DNA from: an uncultured bacterium
Lineage (GTDB): Bacteria > Patescibacteriota > Minisyncoccia > UBA6257 > 2-01-FULL-56-20
DNA: 64,000 bases
Reading direction: 5' to 3'
NCBI GenBank assembly: GCA_963719425.1
Contig: OY970382.1
Coordinates: 244,862-308,861 of the forward strand
Under the pieces are notes generated by a model. It saw only the letters and a program-made list of their open reading frames with translations, was not told the origin of the DNA and made no database searches. The position numbers and the translations under genes are program-made. Of the stretch, positions 56,807 through 64,000 are shown piece after piece. The first letter of the stretch is position 1. Every line of letters starts with the position of its first letter.

Positions 56807-58636
56807 ATGTGCGGGATTGTGGGGTATAAAGGGGACAAACAGGCGGCGCCTATACTGCTGGACGGCTTGAAGCGCCTGGAATATCGTGGTTACGATTCCG
56901 CCGGCTTGAATGTCATTGACGGCAACGCTGTGGCGAAAACCGTGAAATCGGTTGGGAAAGTAAGCGCGCTTGAAGAGCTTGCAAAGAATGCCGATTTGAA
57001 CGGGAATATCGGGATTGCGCACACGCGGTGGGCGACGCACGGGATTCCGTCCCAAAAAAATGCCCATCCTCATTCCGACTGCAAAGAAGAAATTTTCATT
57101 GTGCATAACGGGATCGTAGAAAATTACCGGGAACTCAAAGAACAACTCGTAAAGGAGGGTCATGTTTTTTCTTCAGAGACCGACTCCGAAGTGATTGCGC
57201 ACCTTGTTGAGAAGTTTTTTAAAACCGACCTTGAGGATGCGGTGATAGAGGCCTTGAAAATCGTGAAAGGCACCTATGGCCTCATCGTTATTTCAAAGAA
57301 GGAGCCCGGCACGATGGTTGTGGCGAGGAACTCGTCGCCGATCGTGATCGGAATGGGAAACAATGAATTCGTGGTTGCCTCTGACGCATCGGCGATTTTG
57401 ACGCATACCAAACAGGTTGCGTATTTGAATGACGGGGAAGCGGCGGTGATAGATTCCCGCGGGATACGCTTTACGAACTTGGCTCGGGAAAAGCTGCTGA
57501 AGCGCGCGGTGACGCTTGAGTGGAGCATCAAAGAAGCGAAAAAAGGCGGATACCCTCATTTCATGCTCAAAGAAATATTTGAACAGCCGGAGAGCGTAAA
57601 AATCTCAATGGCGGGCAGGATGGTAGAAAGCGAAGGATTGGCAAAGCTCGGCGGGTTGGAAAGCGTGGAAAAAAGATTGAGAGAAGTGGAAAGAATTATC
57701 ATCGTGGGCTGCGGAACGGCCTACTTTGCGGGATTGGTCGGGGAATACATGCTTGAGGAATATGCGGGCATTCCGGTGGAGGTTGAGTACGCATCTGAAT
57801 TCAGATACCGAAAACCCGTTTTAGACAAAAATACCGCTCTTCTCTGCATCTCCCAGTCGGGAGAAACGGCGGATACCTTAGCCGCCCTGAACGAGGCGAA
57901 GAGAAAAGGCGTTTTGACTCTGGGAATCGTAAATGTCGTTGGTTCCACGATCGCGCGGGAAACGGATGCCGGAGTGTACAATCACATCGGCCCGGAAATT
58001 GGCGTGGCTTCAACCAAGGCATTCACTTCGCAGTTGGTCATATTGGCGCTCCTTACCTTGTTTTTAGGGAGGCAACGAGCGATGTCTCTCGCAACCGGCC
58101 AGAGGATGATAAGAGAGTTGAAACGCCTGCCTGATGCAATGAAGATGGTTCTCAAGAGAGAGAGCCAAATAAAGAAACTGGCTGAAAAATATCATCGCTA
58201 CGGAAACTTCTTGTACATAGGAAGGAAATATAATTTCCCCATTGCGCTTGAAGGTGCTTTGAAGCTCAAGGAGGTGTCCTATCTCCATTCGGAAGGGTAT
58301 GGCGCCGGCGAGATGAAGCATGGCCCCATTGCGCTTATCAATGAGAATTTCCCAACGGTGGGGATAGCCCCATCGGACAGCGTCTATGAAAAGATGATTT
58401 CAAATCTTGAGGAGGTGAAGGCAAGAAAGGGACCGATTATCGCGATCGCCTCGGAAGGCGACGAAGCAATCAAAAGGATATCCGACGATGTGATTTATAT
58501 TCCCAAAACGCTGGAGATGCTCACCCCCATCGTATCGGTAGTGCCCCTGCAATTATTCGCGTATTATTGCAGCGTCTTGAACGGCGTGGATCCGGATAAG
58601 CCCAGAAACTTGGCAAAGAGCGTTACGGTTGAGTAG
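56807..58636 (+). CDS. glmS: glutamine--fructose-6-phosphate aminotransferase (isomerising)
   Basis: N-terminal MCGIVGY (Cys1 Ntn amidotransferase), two SIS domains, 609 aa. Confidence 0.95.
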   Translation: MCGIVGYKGDKQAAPILLDGLKRLEYRGYDSAGLNVIDGNAVAKTVKSVGKVSALEELAKNADLNGNIGIAHTRWATHGIPSQKNAHPHSDCKEEIFIVHNGIVENYRELKEQLVKEGHVFSSETDSEVIAHLVEKFFKTDLEDAVIEALKIVKGTYGLIVISKKEPGTMVVARNSSPIVIGMGNNEFVVASDASAILTHTKQVAYLNDGEAAVIDSRGIRFTNLAREKLLKRAVTLEWSIKEAKKGGYPHFMLKEIFEQPESVKISMAGRMVESEGLAKLGGLESVEKRLREVERIIIVGCGTAYFAGLVGEYMLEEYAGIPVEVEYASEFRYRKPVLDKNTALLCISQSGETADTLAALNEAKRKGVLTLGIVNVVGSTIARETDAGVYNHIGPEIGVASTKAFTSQLVILALLTLFLGRQRAMSLATGQRMIRELKRLPDAMKMVLKRESQIKKLAEKYHRYGNFLYIGRKYNFPIALEGALKLKEVSYLHSEGYGAGEMKHGPIALINENFPTVGIAPSDSVYEKMISNLEEVKARKGPIIAIASEGDEAIKRISDDVIYIPKTLEMLTPIVSVVPLQLFAYYCSVLNGVDPDKPRNLAKSVTVE

Positions 58637-58664
58637 AGATCTTTCCTAATGCTGCCCTTGTCGC

Positions 58665-59018
58665 TTACTCCCGTTTTCCCCTTGGGCCCTTTCCCAAAAT
58701 CGCATCGAGTAGTTTCCGCTCTGACTTTGTGAGGGGAGGTTCATTTCGAATTGATTCGCGAGTAAGAATTCGCCAGGTAACACTTTTAAGAGCGCTTTTT
58801 CTTTTCTGTTCTTCAGAATAATCACCCCAATATCGAAAAGGTACTTCATCAACCCGCGCATTCGCATCTTGGATAACCCGCTGGATTTCATCCTCTGTTA
58901 TTCCCTTAAGCACGCGCTCCCTCAGGGACGCACCTGCCTTTCGCCACTCTTCATGCTGCTCAAGTTCACGTGCCGCTTCTTCTCGCAAGGACATCTTTGG
59001 CCCTCCTTCCATATTCAT
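58665..59018 (-). CDS. hypothetical protein (117 aa), charged and helical
   Basis: ORF with plausible coding composition. No recognisable motif. Confidence 0.4.
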   Translation of the reverse strand: MNMEGGPKMSLREEAARELEQHEEWRKAGASLRERVLKGITEDEIQRVIQDANARVDEVPFRYWGDYSEEQKRKSALKSVTWRILTRESIRNEPPLTKSERKLLDAILGKGPRGKRE

Positions 59019-59182
59019 ATGAGGAGTATATCAACTGAAGATATTTTTGGTCAATTGTAGGAGCCATCAATTCCCAACTCACTTCCCATAGGGAAAAAGC
59101 GGAAAAAGTAGGTTTACGGGGTTATCCACAGGAGGTATTGACTTTTTTGTAACTCGGAGCGTACAATACTAGTGTCATTCGG

Positions 59183-59207
59183 AAAACGCCACGCTTCGTG
59201 GCGTTTT
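59183..59207. terminator. bidirectional intrinsic terminator (AAAACGCCACG-ctt-CGTGGCGTTTT)
   Basis: Perfect 11-bp stem flanked by A4/T4, 10 bp downstream of the NYN gene stop. A TTGACT-N18-TACAAT promoter-like sequence lies just upstream on the + strand. Confidence 0.5.
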
Positions 59208-59216
59208 CTATTTATG

Positions 59217-59843
59217 TTAGTTTGTCGGCACCACGTCTCTTTTAATTCTAAACTTCAGCGAATCAATATCTATAAGATCAACTTGTGTAGGAAATTCCCG
59301 AAAGAGATCTTTTAATTTTTTTGCTAATCTTTTATTTGGTATTGTTACACCAAGAGGCATAAAACTTTTACTGCTAGAAACTATATGAACTTTGCTCACG
59401 CCCTTGTCCAAAGACTTTCTCACTAAAGGTGCGAAATCTCCATCTCCGGTGAAAAAATAAAACTCATTGTCCGCTCCGGCGTTTTCAAGTGCATCTATGG
59501 TTAAATCAACATCACAATTTCCTTTCCTTTCATATCCCATATCTACTATAACAACATTATTTTCTCCACACTTTGAACATTGATTATTTACCATCCGATT
59601 CGGCTTTTTATAAATCTGTATCGTCTTCGTTCTTACTATGCCACAATCAAGCTTGGAAATGGAATCAAACTCTCTCGCTGTTGTATCATCACCATTTTCA
59701 ATCCCTGCATAAAAGAACGTTTTTTCGCAGCCCCATTCTATTTTCAGATACACACACAATTTGTGCCAATCCACCGAAAAACCGCATAGCTTGTGCGTTG
59801 TTCCCTCAGTGTTGTGAATATCAACAAACGCGAATTTTGCCAC
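59217..59843 (-). CDS. NYN (LabA-like) domain protein with an inserted zinc ribbon
   Basis: NYN/PIN-like acidic motifs (FVDIHN, NCDVDLTIDA, FFTGDGDFAPLV) and a CSKCGE insert. Lower GC than its neighbours. Confidence 0.65.
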   Translation of the reverse strand: MAKFAFVDIHNTEGTTHKLCGFSVDWHKLCVYLKIEWGCEKTFFYAGIENGDDTTAREFDSISKLDCGIVRTKTIQIYKKPNRMVNNQCSKCGENNVVIVDMGYERKGNCDVDLTIDALENAGADNEFYFFTGDGDFAPLVRKSLDKGVSKVHIVSSSKSFMPLGVTIPNKRLAKKLKDLFREFPTQVDLIDIDSLKFRIKRDVVPTN

Positions 59844-59972
59844 GCACCCATTTTACTATAAAAATCGATAAAAATCGACAACTAGCAATTTTAGGGTAAC
59901 TTTGTATATCATTCCCGAAAAATCCCCACTGGAGGGATTTTATTCTGACTCTTCAAAGCATCTTCTGCTTGC

Positions 59973-60750
59973 TTATGGAGGTGCCGAAATGCCGGCGTCG
60001 CGCACGAGTGCGAGAAAGTCGTTATGGATGACGCCGTTTGAGGCGATGAAGAAATTTTCTTCAAAGTGCCACGGGTTGCCGTAGAAGTCGGTGGCCATCC
60101 CGCCACCTTCTTGGACGAGGAGCATCCCGCCCGCATAGTCCCATTTTGCGTTCCCTAAGCTTATGAACCCCTCCGTGCCGCCGCGCGCGAGGATGGCAAG
60201 TTCAAGTGCGGCGGAGCCGACGTAGCGATAGGTTTTCACGTGGTTGGGGCTTTCACGAAAGAGCGCCGCGAGTTTTTCCTTGACACCGGGAATTCTCCCG
60301 ACGCCTGCGGTGATCATCGCGGCGTCTTTTCCCTGCGACGAAACGTGCGAGCGTATTCCGTTGGACCAAAGCCCTTTGCCCCGTTCCGCGTGGACGAGAA
60401 GATTGATGAGAGGATTGTGGACGACGGCGCACTCAATGATGCCGTCTTTCACAAGTGCGACGGAGACCGCCCAGAGCGGGAGGCCATTCACGAAGTTCGC
60501 GGTGCCATCCAGCGGATCAATAACCCAGGTATAGGGCGACTTGTTTTCCGATGCCCCCGTTTCTTCGGCGAGAAAGGCATGATCAGGAAATCGCGACTTG
60601 AGAACGCCAAGGATCGCGTCCTCGGACTCGCGGTCGGCCTTCGTGACGAAAGTTTTGTCGTCTTTCACCTCGTGCTCAAGCTCGGTCTCAAAGTAACCGA
60701 GGAGAATATCGCCGCCCTTCTTCGCTGCTTCAATGGCAGTTTCTATCATT
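59973..60750 (-). CDS. inositol monophosphatase family protein (SuhB/IMPase-like)
   Basis: WVIDPLDGTANFVNG metal-binding motif. Start at MIETAIEAAKKGG, a 4-nt overlap with the upstream fba stop. The ORF-track extension to 60848 was rejected. Confidence 0.8.
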
Positions 60751-61765
60751 GTGCAGCGTATTTCCCCTCGCGTGCAAGCGCGGTTTCCCGTACCCGCGTC
60801 GCAAAGATTTCTTGGGCCTTTGCAACATTGGCATCCTGCCCCGCCCACGCGTCCATGGCAGGCTCTTGTAGCGCGCGGGCGTAGGAAAAAGAAAGTTGCC
60901 AGGGATATTCTCCCGTTTTTACCGTCGCGCTCTGAACGATCACATTCAAGTTCTCGGTTGCCTCGCGGGGGGATTGGCCTCCCGAGAGGAAGACGATGCC
61001 GGGGATTTCGGGCGGCACCGACGCCTTGAGCGCGCGGAGCGTGGCCGCCGCCACTTCCTGCGGCGTCGCCCTTATGCCCGATTCTTTTCCCGGGAGCGCC
61101 ATGCTGCTTTTCAAGATTACGCCTGGGAGGGAGACGCGATATTTTTTGAGCGCGGCAAAGACCGTCGTGAGCGTTCGTACGAGCGCCGCTTCGGATTGAG
61201 CGAGGGTATGATCGCCGTCAATCAGCACTTCCGGCTCCACAATGGGCACGAGCCCCGCCTCCTCCGAAAGCACGGCATATTGCGCAAGCAGATATGCGTT
61301 CGCTTCAAGGCATTCCGCCGTGGGGATTCCATTCCCGATTTTCATAACCGCGCGCCACTTTGTGAAGCGCGCACCCATTGTTGCATATTCCTGAAGCCGC
61401 TTCAGAAGCCCGTCCAGCCCCTCCGTCACTTTCTCTTCGGGAAAGTTCGGAAGCGCGACCGTCCCCTTGTCCACCTTGATCCCGACCGCGATGCCGCGCT
61501 TCGCGAGAACTTCCCGCAAAGGAGTGCCGTCCTTAGCGTTTTGCCGAATGGTTTCATCATAGAGAATTACGCCGCCAAGGCCTTTCTCAATTTCCAGTGC
61601 CGTAAAGAGAAGCTCGCGCCATCGCCGCCGCATCTCTTCGCTTTGCGGGATGTTGCGCGCGGCAAAGCGCTTATCGGCCGTGCCCGTGCTTTCGTCCGCC
61701 GCTAGGATACCTTTTCCTGGCGCAAGGAGGCGCGACACGGTTTCTTGAAGTGAGTGAATATCCAC
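60746..61765 (-). CDS. fba: fructose-bisphosphate aldolase, class I
   Basis: GKGILAADESTGT ... GGVILYDET ... GIKVDKG: classic class I (Schiff-base) aldolase motifs. GTG start. Confidence 0.85.
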   Translation of the reverse strand: MDIHSLQETVSRLLAPGKGILAADESTGTADKRFAARNIPQSEEMRRRWRELLFTALEIEKGLGGVILYDETIRQNAKDGTPLREVLAKRGIAVGIKVDKGTVALPNFPEEKVTEGLDGLLKRLQEYATMGARFTKWRAVMKIGNGIPTAECLEANAYLLAQYAVLSEEAGLVPIVEPEVLIDGDHTLAQSEAALVRTLTTVFAALKKYRVSLPGVILKSSMALPGKESGIRATPQEVAAATLRALKASVPPEIPGIVFLSGGQSPREATENLNVIVQSATVKTGEYPWQLSFSYARALQEPAMDAWAGQDANVAKAQEIFATRVRETALAREGKYAAQ

Positions 61766-62144
61766 GTACTCAAGTATATCAAAGACAGCCTTTCAAAGAC
61801 ATCAGGCCCCCCCCTTGCCCTCCGCACGCATTGATTTTCCTAAAAATTTTCGCCTTGACTTGAGTGAACAGGCGACGAGGCGTATGATGAAAATGATAAA
61901 GAAATGAGAGGCGGCAAAAAAACAAAAATCAAGCGCAACCGGAAAGCGCGGCCAAAGTTTAATAGTCGGGTTATTTACCCATCAGAAAGAAGGAGATGAT
62001 ACAGGAACTAAGAGACCTGGTCGAATTTCTAGTCTAGAACGCCACGAACGTTACGCGCGCATAAACGCTTGGTTTTACAAAAAACCACCGCTGAGAAAGC
62101 AAAGCTTACCTGATGATTGAGAATAGCAGCAGATAGAGCGGGCG

Positions 62145-62399
62145 TTGCTCCCGGTGATTCCGTTCACGGCCGCGAAGGACAGACGAACGCGGCTTGAGGT
62201 GATCGCGCCGTACGTGAAGAACGGCATGGTGCTCTTCCCGCGCACGGGTTGCGAGGAACTTTTGCAGCAGATTTTCTCGCTCGGAGCGGAGAAGCACGAC
62301 GATCTCTGTGACGCCTTCGTGTGGTTCGTTTGGGGCATGGCCATCACCCATGATCAAGCCAGCCAGCACGTTTGCTTTAATAAATCCTTAAGCGTATAA
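62145..62399 (+). pseudogene. C-terminal remnant of a phage terminase large subunit (nuclease-domain end)
   Basis: Ends ...GCEELLQQIFSLGAEKHDDLCDAFVWFVWGM, resembling the C-terminal HDD..DA motif of terminase large subunits (TIGR01630-like). An in-frame stop lies just upstream and there is no N-terminal ATPase domain. Confidence 0.35.
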
Positions 62400-62408
62400 C
62401 TAAACTAT

Positions 62409-62741
62409 ATGAGCAAGGGCTTTGGCATTGCGGCGTTGGTTCTTGCGATACTTGGCATCTTTGTCCCCATTGTTTCCATTTATGTTGTGTGGCTTGCCCT
62501 CATTCTAACCGCCGTAGCCGCCTTTGCTGGAGACAGGTCGTTGAGCATCGCCGCGTTCGTTATTTGTTTGGTCAACGTGCTCTTTCTGAGTCCTGCTACA
62601 TTGGTTGAGTTCGGGGCTAAACAGGGTGGTTCCGGCCTTGCGACATTCACCGTGATTCTTTTTGTAATCCCGCTCATCGGATTTATTGTGAAATACAAGA
62701 AGAAACCACTGACAACTGGCGAGAAACAAAAAAGCGTATAG
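62409..62741 (+). CDS. small membrane protein (3 TM, 110 aa)
   Basis: Hydrophobic segments ALVLAILGIFVPIVSIYVVWLALILTAVAAFA etc. Confidence 0.45.
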   Translation: MSKGFGIAALVLAILGIFVPIVSIYVVWLALILTAVAAFAGDRSLSIAAFVICLVNVLFLSPATLVEFGAKQGGSGLATFTVILFVIPLIGFIVKYKKKPLTTGEKQKSV

Positions 62742-62752
62742 TCTCTGTAAAT

Positions 62753-63277
62753 ATGAATTATTGCAAAAAATGCGGGGACCAGGTTAAGGCAGATGATGAT
62801 TTTTGTCCATCTTGCGGCATAAAAGTTTCGAATACAGAAAAAAGAGCCATCGCCCGGCCGGGCTGGCTGAAGAGAAGATGGGTGAAGTATGCAATAGCCC
62901 TTGTTGCACTGGTAGCCATACTCTGCCTTTTCAGTTTCTACATTTGGCAGCAAGTGGCAGTGGTGGTGACATTTAATTCGGGTGTAACGGAAAGCGCCGC
63001 ATTACAAACTCTCTCGAAATATGTTGGAGGAATAGAATCAAGAACGCCGCGAGATTACGACTATAATTTTTTTCGCGTGTTCAACGGGTTTAAAATGAAC
63101 GCGATTGAATTTGCAACATGCAGGTTGTGTGGGTACGTAATGGAAGGCCACATTGCAGCGGAGACGGGCGTTCGAAAGACGATTATCGTTGAACATCCTC
63201 CCACGATGCAGGAAGATCAAGAATTTTACAACAAGTATTTTGCATCTCAGATTACGACCACGACAAATGTTCAATAA
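62753..63277 (+). CDS. zinc-ribbon plus single-TM protein
   Basis: N-terminal CKKCGDQVKADDDFCPSCG zinc ribbon, then a TM (YAIALVALVAILCLFSFYIW) and an extracytoplasmic domain. Confidence 0.5.
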   Translation: MNYCKKCGDQVKADDDFCPSCGIKVSNTEKRAIARPGWLKRRWVKYAIALVALVAILCLFSFYIWQQVAVVVTFNSGVTESAALQTLSKYVGGIESRTPRDYDYNFFRVFNGFKMNAIEFATCRLCGYVMEGHIAAETGVRKTIIVEHPPTMQEDQEFYNKYFASQITTTTNVQ

Positions 63278-64000
63278 GCCGAATCTTCTTCTATTATTTG
63301 CTGCTTGTACGATCGTGGTTGTTGGATTCTCATTCCGTCAGCCGGTTGCGAATGCAAGCATTTGGGACGCTTTTACGAATCTATTCAATTTTGCCCAAAA
63401 CGGCAACCAAGCGGTCAGCGCGGTTTCAAACGCCGCAAATCAAGGCGTTGTCTCTGCGCAGGTTGAAGCGCAATTGAAGGCAAGCGGTCGCTGGGATGAT
63501 GCACAATCTCTCATTGACGGGGTGTGCGGACCGAGCGATTCAGCCTGCGCCGACCACATCATGGCCTATTACGTCGGATTGGATGAGGTCAGCAATCCAA
63601 ACTCTTCATTTAACCAATCCGTATCAAATGCCATAAACGCGGATGCCTCTCTGCAAACGTCTTTAGGAACAATAGGCGTTTCGAATAACATCGCACCATC
63701 AGTTCAAGAAATTGCGGCGCCATCGCCATGGTTGCAGATAGCCAAAATCGTCAGCAACGTGATCGACGGGACAAAAGCGGCCTTAAATCTAGTCGGCCAT
63801 CAACAGCCCAACGCAACAGTCGCACAAGGAAATTCCTCGGCTGCGTCTCTGCCACAGAATAATCCGTCCTCCCCACCGCCGCCGACTTTGCTTCCTAAAG
63901 TGCCGCCGTCCGTAAACAATCCACTCATTCCTACTCCACCCGCGCAATCGGGGAATTATGACATCACCGCACTGGTAGTCGATCAGTTCGACAATCCGGT
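63267..64000 (+). CDS. secreted protein, 5' part (runs off the window)
   Basis: ATG at 63267 overlaps the upstream stop. Signal peptide-like LLLLFAACTIVVVGFSF and a Pro-rich segment near the window end. No stop codon within the window. Confidence 0.4.
   Translation, partial: MFNKPNLLLLFAACTIVVVGFSFRQPVANASIWDAFTNLFNFAQNGNQAVSAVSNAANQGVVSAQVEAQLKASGRWDDAQSLIDGVCGPSDSACADHIMAYYVGLDEVSNPNSSFNQSVSNAINADASLQTSLGTIGVSNNIAPSVQEIAAPSPWLQIAKIVSNVIDGTKAALNLVGHQQPNATVAQGNSSAASLPQNNPSSPPPPTLLPKVPPSVNNPLIPTPPAQSGNYDITALVVDQFDNP

Noticed and set aside
59140-59170. TTGACT-N18-TACAAT promoter-like sequence on the plus strand
   Set aside because: It is followed within about 15 nt by the bidirectional terminator hairpin and no plus-strand gene. 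It is more likely a chance match in AT-rich DNA, or at most a tiny unstable transcript.
61880-62000. Tiny basic ORF (MRGGKKTKIKRNRKARPKFNSRVIYPSERRR) upstream of the terminase remnant
   Set aside because: About 30 codons, no start context, and low-complexity lysine-rich translation of an A-rich spacer. Not supportable as a gene.

Overview
This 64-kb window is a bacterial chromosomal segment with roughly 55-60% GC, lower-GC islands, and almost no rRNA/tRNA/CRISPR signal. In order it contains the following.

(i) A MacA/MacB-like efflux pair and a divergently transcribed ABC-2 transporter operon driven by a near-consensus sigma-70 promoter.

(ii) msrA, followed by a giant 3,941-aa secreted surface protein. 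That protein has a signal peptide, a NodB-type deacetylase domain, Ig-like, He_PIG-like and FN3 modules, about 16 MBG/YDG domains encoded by about 7.4 nucleotide-identical 450-bp tandem repeats, and a C-terminal peptidoglycan-binding domain.

(iii) Upstream of the giant gene, a lower-GC surface-glycan cluster: a membrane GT2 synthase, a UDP-GlcA decarboxylase-like protein, a UDP-sugar dehydrogenase, a DPM1-like GT2 and a DUF218 protein. Next to it are a second peptidoglycan-binding Ig-repeat protein and a GlmU-like uridylyltransferase.

(iv) The most unusual locus, about 27.3-42.4 kb. An operon encoding an unknown membrane protein, an internally duplicated 2-TM protein and a soluble VirD4/TraD-like P-loop ATPase is followed by a MazF/PemK-like toxin gene. 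Then comes a tight co-directional array of five paralogous cysteine-rich (about 40 Cys), roughly 570-600-aa multi-zinc-ribbon proteins of unrecognised family. The array is closed by a second paralogous VirD4-like ATPase whose C-terminal tail carries a zinc ribbon of the same type and spacing as ribbons in the array proteins (C-x2-C-x17-C-x2-C, CSSCGK ... P-VYC-EC).

(v) A secreted protein with internally duplicated Ig-like domains, an MsbA-like ABC exporter, and a complete co-directional de novo pyrimidine cluster (carA-carB-pyrE-pyrF-pyrD-pyrC-pyrB).

(vi) An HAD hydrolase, glmS, a low-GC NYN-domain gene, an IMPase, class I FBP aldolase, a terminase-large-subunit C-terminal remnant, and small membrane/zinc-ribbon proteins.

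Several intrinsic terminators, extended -10 promoters with a recurring TATAAT-N6-ATG (leaderless-type) geometry, and one candidate structured ncRNA are also noted. All calls rest on reading the sequence, since no tools were available.
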